Part shown: piece after piece, positions 35,141 through 58,859 of the stretch
Layout of the letters: each line of letters starts with the position of its first letter
Position numbering within the stretch: the first letter of the stretch is position 1
NCBI GenBank assembly: GCA_002269645.1
Contig: NIVC01003788.1
Coordinates: 1-59,852, forward strand
Length of the DNA stretch: 59,852 bases
Direction of reading: 5' to 3'
From: Macrostomum lignano
Lineage: Eukaryota
Position numbers and translations under genes: made by a program
The notes under the pieces: generated by a model
The model's database searches: none
Told to the model about the DNA's origin: nothing
What the model saw: the letters and a program-made list of their open reading frames with translations, nothing else

Positions 35141-35643
35141 TATGAGATTGCCAAGGTGCTGAGAATGCTGTATGGTCACTACCCGAGTGGAAATGGCTTG
35201 GAACTGGGTTTTTTGCGAGTCAATGGGTTAGCCCGTGAAGATTAGCTAGTGCAGTCAGCGACCGAGGCCGGGGTCGCAGGGCTGTACATAAAAGTCAACA
35301 GACACGGGAAGTCACTCCGGCTCCGGTATTTTACTGAGAGGTTTGTGTCGTGGGCGTTGGTGCTCAGTTTTTCTTTCAGTCTCTCCTTGGAAACAAATAA
35401 TACTGAGTGCTAGGCAGTGGAAGTTAATCTACACGTTCATTGGCATTGCAAATACGCTTTGCCGTTATATTACGAGTCCCAGAGGAAGTCACGTGCTTTA
35501 CTTAAAGTCATAAGGAAGCTCACGATTTTTATTTATCAAAGCTCATATATTTAACCCAGCTTTTTTGTCTTGAAAACTGAGTGTTAAAATTTATTTGTGA
35601 CGCTGTCTTGCGTTCGTAATTTGAAAGCCAGTTAAGCCAGGAG

Positions 35644-35937
35644 CTTGAAGTCACGTGAATTTCTCAAGGTCATGTATTCAATCTGATGCTTGAAGTCACG
35701 TGAATTTCTCAAGGTCATTTATTCAATCGGACGCTTGAAGTCACGTGAATTTCTCAAGGTCATGCATTCAATCTGACGCTTACGAGCGTATAATCACGTG
35801 AATTTCTCAAGGTCGTGTATTCAATCGGACGCTTAAAGTCACGTGAATTTCTCAAGGTCATGTATTCAATCGGACGCTTGAAGTCACGTGAATTGATCAA
35901 GGTCGTGCATTCGATCTGACGCTTGAAGTCACGTGAC
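35644..35937 (+). promoter_or_regulatory. 45-bp tandem repeat with seven TCACGTGA E-boxes, the last a perfect CLEAR palindrome GTCACGTGAC, ~100 bp upstream of the hexosaminidase ATG
   Basis: Boxes at about 35650, 35695, 35740, 35794, 35838, 35883 and 35928. An additional GTCACGTG lies at 35488. Confidence 0.7.
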
Positions 35938-36039
35938 TACAGAAAGTTGACGATTTTAGAAGATTCTTGTTAAACCTATCGCCGTAAGTTTCTTTTAATT
36001 TCAGAAATTCCTCGCGGACCATAAAAGGCACCTCTAGCG

Positions 36040-47460
<11,421 letters not shown>

Positions 47461-47467
<7 letters not shown>

Positions 47468-47625
47468 CCCAGTGGTTAGAGCGTCAACTCACGACTGAAA
47501 GGTCGGGGGTTCGATTCCCGGTCCCACTGGAACAATTTGTGTCCTTGAGCAAGACACTTAACTCTGCATTGCTTCAGTTCACCCAGCTGTAAAATGGGTG
47601 CCAGAATTAGCTGGGGTAATTGAGG
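47461..47625 (+). mobile_element. tRNA-derived SINE with a CORE/MIR-like central domain
   Basis: A-box TAGCCCAGTGG and B-box GGTTCGATTCC, followed by GTGTCCTTGAGCAAGACACTTAAC...CAGCTGTAAAATGGG. Confidence 0.85.
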
Positions 47626-47939
47626 GTGTGTGTGGCGACCCCCCCCCCCAGTCCTTGGACTGAACAGCCGTACGCAGACTTCAGATGCGCCGCGCAATAG
47701 CTGCGGCTGAGCTGTCGGTTGCATATCTGGGCATTAGGGCAGGTGTAATCAATAATTATAATATAATTAAATCGATATATATACTCGTAGATCGATATTT
47801 GACCAATTAAAAGCTCTTAGCTTGATGTTGAACACACTATTCACTCGCTCAGAGAATGGGGGTCTTCATTCTTTTATCACAAAGTTTAGAACATCTGTTA
47901 ATAGCACGCTGAACAAATGCTCATCTTTTGATATTTTTT

Positions 47940-48062
47940 CCTACTGAACTGAAGCAATGCAGAGTTAAGCGTTTTGCTCAAGGACACAAATTGTTCCAGT
48001 GGGACCGGGAATCGAACCCCCGACCTTCCAGTCGTGGGTCCAACGCTCTAACCACTAAGCTG
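47940..48062 (-). mobile_element. Second copy of the same SINE, inverted and 3'-truncated
   Basis: Its reverse complement matches copy 1 over ~115 bp with few mismatches. Confidence 0.85.
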
Positions 48063-51000
48063 CAATCCCTGACTGTGTAACGAAATGTGCAGCAGAAATG
48101 ATAAAATGGAATCATTCATCAAACCAATGAGTGGAGCCGAGCCATTTTAATCATTTTAGGCACAGGAAATGTACGCAGGATAATAAAATTAGCATAGCTC
48201 GTAAAATCCAAATCAATAGAGCCAATCGAAAGGCAAGTCATATCAAAATATGAACATTGGGTTTGCCTTCTATCAAAAACAATTACACGTTTTGTGCTGA
48301 AAAATGAAAACCTCTATTCTCGGTAATGTATTTTTAGTAGAACATGCCCCCTAAAATTTGTCCAAGAAACATACTTTTCCGTTTTTTTACTTAAGTAGTC
48401 CTTGGGCCAAATAAGTTGTAAAATAAGTAAAGTATTCAAATGTTTAACATGTATTTTGAACGAGCGGCTGCAGGCAGATCTGCGTGCTGCATCCATGTAC
48501 AGGTTAAGTAGAAGGCTCAACATGTACACCTGCAATTTCAGGTAAATTTCAATGAACTTGCCGTGGAATTAAGCTGGAAATTATAATTTTGCGGATATGA
48601 ATTATCGGTTCTTTAGCACTAATAGATTACTCATGGTAAATTCCAATTATTTTAGTTTAAATCTCTTTAGAGAAAGATGAAATGTGACTGGATTAGTTGC
48701 TCTCTACCAGTGTCTTTAACTGTGTCCATATGTGTGCCTACTGAAGGTACAGTAGTAGAATTTGCATATGCAAAGAAAAATTTTCGTCAGAGCGTAAATT
48801 TTAATGGGAAGAGATAAGAATGTACATCAGTTTGTGCATGCCTGTCTGTCAAATTAGACTTGAGTAGTCAGATTAGAACTTACTAGAAATTGCCGCGATA
48901 TTGCAGCCCTCGCCGCCGAGCCAAGACTGGGGAATGAAAATGCCAACGGTATATACAGATGATTTGGCTGCGCTGTGAACAAATAGACTAATCATTTTGC
49001 GAACTTAATTAATTCTATAAGATTAAAATAGCTTAACTCGAGTGTCAAAGTAGCGTTTAAAGGAGGCTGACATCAAGCCCGAGTAGGGACATTTTTCAAG
49101 CGCTGGAACCCACTTCTGTAACACTTAAACGGATTCATTTTGTCGTGCTGTGTACATGCTGCTGCTGCTGCTGTACAATTAATGAACTTTTGTGCAAAAC
49201 ATTTCTTCTTTTTGCCTAAACACTAACCCAGCTGCTTCTGCATTGCCACTGTGTAGTAGGATTCTTCCTTCTTCTAAACCTAAAATGGAGGAACAGATTT
49301 TTGTGCATATCCTTCAAGGGCCTCTCGAAGACCTCAGATTCGAAGAAAATAGTCAAGGTAACTAGTTTTATTTAAATGAACTGTACGATAAAAGCGGCCG
49401 GTAGTGTGGTTGTACAGTTGCATATGTGTTCGACAATTCTTTTCAAAAGTTTGAGTAGTTCATAATCTATATTGGGCACAGCTGAGCTTGCAGTCGCCCT
49501 GACAACGCTTCGTCTTATTTGCAGCTGCGATCCACCATATAGACAAAATCTCTACACGGACACTAACAATAATGCTAGCAAAGCAGCCCGAGTGATATTG
49601 GTAAACTATGCAGACCTTACTATCCATTCATTTCAGCCCGGTAGCAGCGGCCAGTGCTGGTTTTACAAGTGGGCCTGCATCGCCATGTTTACTGTCTACA
49701 CTCTATCGAAGTTGCTGACCAGAAAACAACAACAGCAGCCGCATCTGTACAATCGGCAGCGATTGTCCCAATTGTTGGGTCTGCTGCGTAGGGGCCCTGT
49801 TTGGTTGTGGATGAAATTACTAACCCTTAACGAAGGAGTTCTGCTGCTTCTGCTGCTGGCTGCCTATTTACTGGGCTGGATCGTGACTCAGCTGCTGGTC
49901 ATATGAACTAATTATTTCTTGAGCTCTTTTTTGGCGTAGTCTTAACCAACGTTGAAATTAATCAATAGTTTCTATAGTACGCAAGCGGAATTAGGGGACT
50001 AGAGGCGGGCGGAGATTGTTTAGCTAGGCAGGAAGTGGGGTGGGTTAACAAGTGTCATACGCCAGCCAATCAGATACAACTGATGGGTAGAGGCGGGGAT
50101 TGTTTAGCTAGGCAGGGAGTGGGGTTGGGTTAACAAGTGTCATACGCCAGCCAATCAGATGCAATTAAGCTGAATTAAATGGTACAATGCTTTCCTCTCT
50201 ATGAAATGCACTTTTCCGCGTGACTGGTAAAAGCAACTTCATAATTGAAAGAAATTGCTGGACTAGCTGCCATTCTTTCTTGTTTTTCTCGTTTTTACTT
50301 TTGCTGTACACGGCCTATATTTGCTGAATCTATTTCTGTTAACTATTAAATAGCATTGTGTGCTTTTGTTCGCCGCCTGGACTCCCGCCTTTCAATCATT
50401 TGTACAGTGTCAGCAGCCTTACAACTCTTATTTGTTGTTCTGTTCGATTGTGGACCAAGCTGTGGCTTATTGCCTCATGCATTAATCTCTCGTACTATTG
50501 CTATGCTTTACTTATAAGTATACTTTGAATAAACTGTGGATTCTAAGAGAGAAGATTTACCAAATCGTGGAATGAATTTCAGAGATAACAATTATTTTCT
50601 AACCAAGTTTTGGTGAAAATCAGTTGAGCCGTTTTTTTTTAATCAATCCCATAGCCAGTCGATTGCAACTACATTTTTAGTACCTCAGCTAGTATTTATG
50701 AGCATGCAATCTAGAGTTGCGCTTACGAATATGAAATTATCTGTTAGAAACAGATAATGTAAGATGATTCGAAAGCCTAGGTTTTTCCTTTAATGAGATT
50801 GTTTGGTTGGAACTTGGAACATTGGAATGTGGAGTAGCAGTCAGTAGTATCTATCTGGTCCATTTGGATTTCCATGCCCATAGCGTACTTACAGGCACTG
50901 CTATTAAGGGTCACGCGACACGCGAATGGAAAATGGCGCATAGTGCTAAAAATAGAATCGAGGCAACCCCATTCTCCCGGCTTTGAGTGCGCCATGCGCA

Positions 51001-51291
51001 TGCTGCGTGGCCCTGCACGAATTGACCTTGACAAGAAACCATTCCTCACTCGCCAAATTTCGGGTTACCACAGTAGGAGAGGATGGAAAAGGAAGCCCCA
51101 TGCGCATGTGGCGTGTGCAATTTCAGATTCTCACCCCCGGAATTCCTCTTATATAAAACAGGATTGCGCACACAGCATACGCCATACAAAAGCGTCTGTT
51201 CAAACAAACAGTGAGTGTGTTGATTTGCCTTCATGAAACAATCGCAATTGTCCTAACAATTAACTATTTTAAAGATTTTTTTCAAAATAAA

Positions 51292-54200
51292 ATGAGTTGC
51301 CTCGTTCACTACGAAGTGACTCTGCCAGACGGGCGAGTTCGGGTTGTCTCGTTCGACAAAAGTGCCAGTGGATACGACTGCATTAAATTGGTGAGCAAAA
51401 TTTTGCAGTTTGATTTGGCGACCTGAGCAGTGACTGAGTTTCTTGCTTTCTGTGAGTTAAGCAGTAGTCAAAAAATTCAGTTGGTACAAAAAATCTTAGC
51501 AAAAAGTGAAAACATACACAGCTAAGCAGGGATTTCGGTAAAAAAATCTGACAATGTCACAATGCTCACTAACTTAGATAAAAATAAACATTCGAATATT
51601 CGGGTGCGACGTCTAATTTTAGTTTCTGGCATACAGAAGAGGTCTTGTAGCTAAGAGCAACAATGAAAGACACCCATTTTGCTATGCCCGTCTGAAAATT
51701 CGCTTATGTCTACTGATAACTACCAGCATATTGTTGGCATATTACTAGAGAATTTAAATCTATTTAGCTGAACCCGCCCGCTCCCAACATGTTTGCAGTT
51801 GTGCCGCAGTGAGGGCGTATTCGAGGAGGCGGACTATTTCGGCTTGACCTATCCAGGCAGCCGAGGCGAGGAGCTCTGGGTCAACAGCCGCAATCGGCTC
51901 GCCAAGCAGGTGCCCCGGCCCGGCCGCTGCCAGTTGCGCCTGGCTGTCAGGTTCTTCGTGCAGCCCCATATGCTGGTGGAAGAGGCGACTCGGTGAGCCA
52001 GTCTCTGGGTGGGCATCGTAGGTTGAGGTCAAGGCCTAGCCTAAGGAATTCATATAGTAATTCTGGGAGTCCAAGGTCACCCAGCCGCGAGTCCAAGGTC
52101 ACCCAGCAGGGAGTCCAAGATCACCCAGCAGCGAGTTCAAGGTCACCCTGTCAAGGTCACTCAGGGAAGTCACGATCACTCTGGTAGCAGGTCACAGGTC
52201 AAGGTCATTCTGGAGGCCTATTCGTTCTGGGTTTTTAGGGTTATCAGGGGTCATTATGGGAGGTCAAGGTTATTTTAAGATTTAGAAAATCATTTTGAAT
52301 GTCCTCACAGGCAGCTATTTCACTTGGAGGCTCTCAGGCGCGCTGGCCACCAGCACCCAACCGAAGCTGCTCGCACGACAACCCTAGAACAGGTGGCAAA
52401 CGGAGCCGCTTACGGCTGTCACTTTCATCCCGTCAAAGACTGTCAGCGACGAAAACTATTAATTGGAGTTGACTGTGAATCGGTCCTCCTTTGCCGCGCA
52501 GATGGCGGAGTTCTGCTGAGGTTGGTGCCAGACTTTTTTATTCCTGGCCTATCAATATATGCTATATCTGCTACTTTCAATGGGCGTCGGTTTGGCGTTT
52601 TTTGGCTAAATTTGTGTTCTGAGTAAAATTTGGCTTCGGCTGGCTGGTGTGCAAAGTTATTAATCTCTTTCCTTTTTCCTTTCTGACTTTCTTATTGGCT
52701 CATGTATATTTTTATCGACCATTAACAGCCCCCAGCCCTTAGCTCAACCCCCGACCGCGTCTTCTACACGCGAACCCTCTACCCCCCACAGCCCTCCTCT
52801 CCCATGTACATTTCCAGCGGGGCGCTAGCCAATGTACATTACAGATTGATAACAAGTTGTTTACGGGCTGGGCTGCAAGCGTTCCGCTTTAACAATGGAC
52901 GTAACTTTTTAGTGGCAGATTTTAGTGGCGCATTTATATCCGTATGCATTTTGCAAGAAATTAGCCAGTATAGAAACGCAAGTAACAACAATAATTTATA
53001 AATTTAACCAACTATTAAACAGGTACGCGTTTCCCAGAGTTCAGAAGGTGACCAGAAGCGGCAGGCTGATTTACCTGTTGCTAAGTAATCAAGACGGAAT
53101 TGCTAGGGAATTTGGTTTCCGTCTGGCCAGCGGCAAAGCTGCCGAAGGCCTGTACCGCTGCGTGACGGAGACGCACAGTTTCTTCCGCAGCGGCAGCGTG
53201 CGCTCCCGGCTGGCGATGCAGCGGCGGCGGCGGCACCCGCTGCGGAATTCGCCGAGGGTCGGCGACCTTAAGGCCAGTTTGGCGGCGCTCATCAAAGGCG
53301 GCGCCGTGGGCAGTGATGCCGTCAACAGCGAGGCAAAATCCGCTGAGGACTGCTGTGAGCATTGCGCTGCTTATGGTCTGGGGTTGATCTGTTTTGTTGG
53401 GGTCAGTGGCGTCAGTGGGGTCAGTGGGGTCAGTGGGGTCAGTAGGCTCAGTAGGGCAGTGGCGTCAGTGGGGTCAGTGGGGTCTGGGGTCAGTAGGCTT
53501 AGTAGGGCAGTGGCGTCAGTGGGGTCAGTGGGTCTGGGGTCAGTAGGCTCAGTGGGGTCAGTGGGTCAGTGGGGTCAGTGGGGTCAGTAGGCTCAGTAGG
53601 CTCAGTGGGGTCAGTGGGGTCAGTAGGCTCAGTAGGGTCAGTGGGGTCAGTGGGGTCAGTAGGCTCAGTAGGGTCAGTGGGGTCAGTGGGGTCAGTAGGG
53701 TCAGTGGGGTCAGTAGGCTCAGTAGGGTCAGTGGGGTCAGTGGGTCAGTGGGGTCAGTAGGCTCAGTAGGCTCAGTAGGCTCAGTGGGGTCAGTGGGGTC
53801 AGTAGGGTCAGTGGGGTCAGTGGGGTCAGTGGGATCAGTAGGCTCAGTAGGCTCAGTGGGGTCAGTGGGGTCAGTAGGCTCAGTAGGGCAGTGGCGTCAG
53901 TGGGGTCAGTAGGCTCAGTGGGGTCAGTGGGGTCAGTAGGCTCAGTGGGGTCAGTAGGCGTTAGTGGGGTCAATAGGCTCAGTGGGGTCAGTGGGCTCAG
54001 TAGGGTCAGTGGGGTCAGTTAGGGTCAGTGGGGTCAGTTAGGGTCAGTTGGGGTCCCTTGGGTCAGTTGGGTCAGTTGGGGTCCGTAGGGTCTGTGGGGT
54101 CAGTTGGGTCAGTGGGTTCTCAGCAGTGCCTTCCACGCGAGGCCGGCCCCGAACCCGCAGGCCCATGCAGCTGCTACGCTTTCGACGTTCGCTGCACAGC

Positions 54201-54618
54201 CAAAGAGGTGCACGACGCGGCCAGGCGCCGTCAGTTCCGTGACCTGCGCAGCGCCGGCGGCGCACTGAAGCCGGCAGTTGCTGCTGCTGCTACGACCGCA
54301 GAGCCGGCCGCCTGTCCTGCCGGGCCAGACGAGGTGAGATGGATGTTCTCTTGCACTACCTGTAATTAGCATGATAATGTAACTTCATAGAATAATGTAA
54401 GGTAACTTTAATTTCCGCAGAGCATTAATGCGTTAGCTAGTCGTTTGGAGTGTCTGCTTCAAGAGCGGACCTGCTGCCTGTGCTCAGACCAGCCAATCAG
54501 TATTGTGCTGGTGCCGTGCAGCCACATGCTGAGCTGCCAGGACTGCTCGGCAAAGCTGCTCGAGTGCCCGATTTGCCGGGGACAAATCGCTGGCAAGCAG
54601 ACTGTTTTGCTTCCTTAA
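51292..54618 (+). CDS. MYLIP: MYLIP/IDOL-like FERM-RING E3 ubiquitin ligase, ~401 aa, 6 exons
   Basis: Exons 51292-51390, 51799-51992, 52311-52520, 53023-53354, 54161-54333, 54421-54618. EADYFGLTYPGSRGEELWVNSRNRL, VRFFVQPH, GLYRCVTETHSFFR, DLKASLAAL and YAFDVRCTAKEVHDAARR parallel recalled MYLIP motifs. C-terminal RING: CCLCSDQPISIVLVPCSHMLSCQDCSAKLLECPICR. Confidence 0.9.
53398..54115. repeat. GGGTCAGT(G/A)-type ~9-bp minisatellite, MYLIP intron 4
   Basis: Read directly. Confidence 0.95.
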
Positions 54619-55044
54619 ATTAGTTGAGTTTACAAAATTCCCTCGTTTTTCTACTGTAAGTAAGCGAGTAGAGACCTGTCTTCCTTCGAATATTTAGTCT
54701 GCAATTTGGCGCTTTGCAAAGCAATGCAGACAACTGGAATCTCGAATTGTTTTGTCTTTTTATTTTTTATGCAAAATTATGCTACGTTTTATGATAGAAT
54801 GCGAAAAGTATTTCTGCACAGTTTGAAGTGACTTTTTATAACTCTAGACTTTGCGGCACATTGCCTGTTCAATGCAAATTGTACGAGTGAAGAGCGCTTT
54901 TCTCAGTTCTTGCTTGCAATTTTCGTTTTTTGCTTTAATAAATTTAAAACGCTATAAAACACGAGTATTTGGCAGTGCAATCAGTTCGTGAGTGATTTTC
55001 TACACGTCTAATTTTTTTGTAAAAATGAAGTTCAGTTGGACGGG

Positions 55045-55545
55045 AGAGTGAGCGAGTGGTCAAGCTCGGTGATCTGGTAGGCAAGGGCAGTGATCTGGTA
55101 GATAAAAGCAGTGAGCTGGTGGACAAGGGCCGTTAGCTGGTGGACAAGGGCAGTGAGCTGGTGGACAAGGGCAGTCAACTAGTGGACAAGGGCAGTGATC
55201 TGGGGGACAAGGGCAGTCAGCTAGTGGGCAAGGGCAGTGAGCTGGTGGGCAAGGGCAGTCAGCTAGTGGGCAAGGGCAGTGAGCTGGTGGGCAAGGGCAG
55301 TCAGCTAGTGGGCAAGGGCAGTGAGCTGGGGGGACAAGGGCAGTGAGCTGGTGGGCAAGGGCAGTGATCTGGGGGACAAGGGCAGTGAGGTGGTGGGCAA
55401 GGGCAGTGATCTGGGGGACAAGGGCAGTGAGGTTGTGGGCAAGGGCAGTGATCTGGGGGACAAGGGCAGTGAGGTTGTGGGCAAGGGCAGTGATCTGGGG
55501 GACAAGGGCAGTCAGCTAGAGCTAGTGAGCAAGGGCAGTGAGCAG
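55045..55545. repeat. ~20-bp minisatellite (GGCAAGGGCAGTGAGCTGGTG)
   Basis: Read directly. Confidence 0.93.
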
Positions 55546-56413
55546 ATTGTTACAATAAACTTGCATGAGCCGGCTGATCTCAAACTGAACCCGATCTTCC
55601 CATCCTTGATGGGCCGGTCATCGGCTAGCTGGTCACGCAATCCCCCCATTTTTCGATTCCCCTTTTCTAACACCTTACAGTACAGCTTTCCCCATGCGAT
55701 GCAACTGCTAGCTGGGTATCAGAGGTGAGGCGGACAGGCAATGTATCGAAAGCAAGGCGCTGAGAGTGCAGCTGTGCCAGCCGGGCCGGAGTGTCGGGTT
55801 TCGGTTCCTCGCGTCCTGCCGGCTAGACCTTCTGCTTATACCATAAGCCTGCGCTGGCTCAAACGGTTCTCCAAACAGTAGCTGTGTCACGCTCAGAGAG
55901 CGAGCTCGGCTTGTGTAAAGCAACAGCTTTTAGGAGAACAGAGCAAATGCAAGGCTAGAAAATAAGTTCAAGCATTTTAGCCACCGTTTTGATTTAGCGT
56001 GTCAGGGCTATTTATTTATTTGTTTATTGCCTACGAAATTATTGCCTCCATTTTAATGCGCCATTTTAAAGGGAACAGAAAAGTCAGAAACAAAATAATA
56101 GTTTACACAATGGTAGATTGACTGGACTGCAAAGCCAGGCAAAATGCAAGCAAAATTGCAGCCTTCTAAAGATACAAAGTACTCGTACGATATCCAGGGG
56201 CCGTCCCAGTAGCGTCGAAGCTTAGAAAACGAGGATGACAAAACAATCTAGCTAGAAGCGAAGACAACGTCACAGCCTTGGTTGCTAGTGACGTCATAGT
56301 CAAATGCAAGATAGTGACGGGATTCTCCAGGTGAGGGAATGAAGCTACAGCCAATGGGGAAAAGGATGCATCAAAGCGTCAATCGAGGGTACCGTAGCGT
56401 CATCGAGCAGAGT

Positions 56414-58859
56414 CTAATTAGCTGCACAAATCCGGGCTAAACATCGGTTGTCAAGGTGACAGCCGCGGAACCACGAGAACGTGACCTTGTAACAGCGGCT
56501 GCGTCCGCGTGGCAGCGGTGGCGGCAGCAGCAGCTCGCGTTCCACCAGCAGCCGCGTCGCTGGCAGGCGGCCGCCACCTCGGCGCTGGTCGCCGGCACCG
56601 CGCCAGGAGTCCGGGCGATGCAGCGGGCAGCGGGCGCCGGCGATGGCCGGGTCGCTTCCGCTCGGAGCCCCGCAGCCTGCGCCCTCATCTTCGCTGCTGA
56701 AATCGTCACTGTCATCCTCCTGGCCGAGCCGGCCGGCCACGGGGAAATTGGCGCTGCCACCAGCCGGATTGGCGTCGGCACAGACGCCACCGCGCAGCAG
56801 AAAAAGCGCCGATGCCGACGCCGACGCCGGATCGCGAGCGTACCGAGGCAGTGCCGTCATGGAGTCGTACGGAGAGCCACAACCGCCGGCGGTACATAAT
56901 CGGGCGAGACGCAGCCGCCAGCCGAGCCCCACAGCATCGGCAGCTGCCCCTGCATTGCTGCCATCGGCTGCGTCGACGGTGGCTGCAGCGGCGGCGATGT
57001 TGGCGGCGCCTTGTCTGGTGTGTCCTGACTGCGCCGGTAGCGCAGCACGGCGAATACCACGGCCACCAGGGCCAGCAGGAACAGCAGCACGGAGCCGATA
57101 CCGGCCCAGAGAATCACCGACTGGTCGACAATCTGCTGTTCCCTGACCACCACCGAGTTGGTGGTGTTGGGCCGCTGCACGCACTTCCTGAGGCGGAACT
57201 CGGCAGGAGGCTCGGGTTCTCCTTGTGCGCCGAAACAGCGCAGGCCGCGAATCCCGTCGCCGAGGAGTCGCCGCTGCCGCTCCCAGGCGTCCGGCTCGAG
57301 CTGGGAGCAGCTGCAGCGGACGGTGACGGAAGCGCCAAGGTCCACACGTGGCGGCGTGGCGCGGCCGGCGGACGCCAGATTGAGCAGGCTGGGCGGTAGG
57401 CTGAGCAGCGGGTTGCCGCTGAGGTTCAGCCAGTGCAGGCTGGTGAAGGCGGCCAGCGGGGCGAAATCCGTAGCCGCAGTGATGCGGTTTCTGCTCAGGT
57501 CGATCCGCTGCACAAGACTGGCGTTGGCGAGCTTGCCGGCGAATTTGAGGCTGGATATCCGGTTGTCGGCCAGCAGCAGATTGTAGCGCACCGGGTGCAC
57601 GCTGGCTGGAAGGCGCCGCGGCAAAGCTGAAAGCCCGGCGCCGCGGCATTTCAGTGTCAGCTCGGACGGCATGACGCGCTCGGTGCAGCCGCAGCCGGTC
57701 GGACAGTCGTCGGTGTGCTCGCAGCGGAGATCCGTATCGGCCAAGCTCGTGATGTTTTTCCTGCTGACATAGCCACCACCTGGGAGGCTGGCGGGGTCGC
57801 AGCGCAGGCGGAGCCAGTAAGCCAGCGACAGCGCGTTCCGCCTGGAAAACTCGTCCGGATCCCGGTGAACCCGGCGCAGGAATGACCACGCGGACAGCAG
57901 GCGGCAGTCGCAGGTGACCGTCGAGTCGGTGTTGTCGATGTACAAAAACGACCGGAAGGCGTCCCGGTAGAGCTTCAGCGCGTTTACCACGGCGTCAGTG
58001 GCCGCGTCAGAGTCGGAGTCCAGGCTGGGCACCGGGAGGCCCCAGAGGGTGCGGCCGTCGGCAAAGGCCTCCGGGCCGATGCGGTTTTGCACGAGCTGCA
58101 CGGACAGGCGGGCGTAGTAGTTCGGGTCCTGGGTGCGCCGCCAGTTCCGCTCGGCGGCGATCGCGGCCACCTTGTCGGCGTCCAGCGCCATCGGAGCCGG
58201 TCAGTGACGCGGGACACCCGGTTGTAACTCAGGTCGATGTCCTGCAGGCTGGGCAGGCGCACCAGTGAGATGTCCACCTGCTTGATGCGGCAGCGGCTGG
58301 CCAGGATCGTCTTGAGCGCCGCGCTGCTGCGGCCTGACTGAGACTGCAGCGCCTCGCTGAGGTAGAGCGACTCCAGCTGGCGGTTGTCGGACAGGTCCAG
58401 CTGCTCGAGGCCCGGCAGGCGGAGGAACTGCGAGATGTCGGCCTCGCGAAGGCGGTTGGCCCGCAGGCTGAGCCAGCGCAGGCGGGACAGGCAGCCGGGC
58501 CTGTCGGACAGCTGGCCGGCAGGATAGCGGAATTCGGCTATCAAATTCTCGGCCAAGTCCAGGCCGGACAGCTGATCGAACTGGCAGAATCCGGACAGGG
58601 GAGCCTCGGACAGTTGGGCGCGGCGCATGGTGAAGTTGAGCACCCGGTCGGGCTGGTAGCCGTCTCGTGCAGGTGGCAGCGCTCGGGAAATTGTTGCTGG
58701 CCGGCACTCGTGGGCGGTGAGCATTCGGTAGTCGCCGCCGCCCGAGCTTGACCGAATATTTTTCACCTGGACGCTGTGGCAAAATCGCCAGGGACAGCCG
58801 ACTGCCACAGGTGGCAGCAGCAACAGCAGAAGCAGCGGCAGCAGCGTCTCCGGCCTCAT
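56414..58859 (-). CDS. Intronless leucine-rich-repeat single-pass membrane protein (Toll/Slit-like ectodomain), ~815 aa after repairing two frameshifts
   Basis: Signal peptide MRPETLLPLLLLLLLPPVAVG; LRRs (LSGLDLAENLI, LRWLSLRANRL, LEQLDLSDN, LQDIDLSYNRV); LRRCT (CDCRLL...C); LRRNT (CPTGCGC); further LRRs (LLLADNRI, RIDLSRNRI, WLNLSGNPL); LRRCT; TM ILWAGIGSVLLFLLALVAVVFAVL then RYRR. Frame switches near 58198 and 56876. The C-terminal end is tentative. Confidence 0.85.

Noticed and set aside
56860-58210. Programmed ribosomal frameshifting in the LRR gene (and in FHAD1)
   Set aside because: No slippery heptamer at the junctions; single-base assembly deletions explain these cases more simply.
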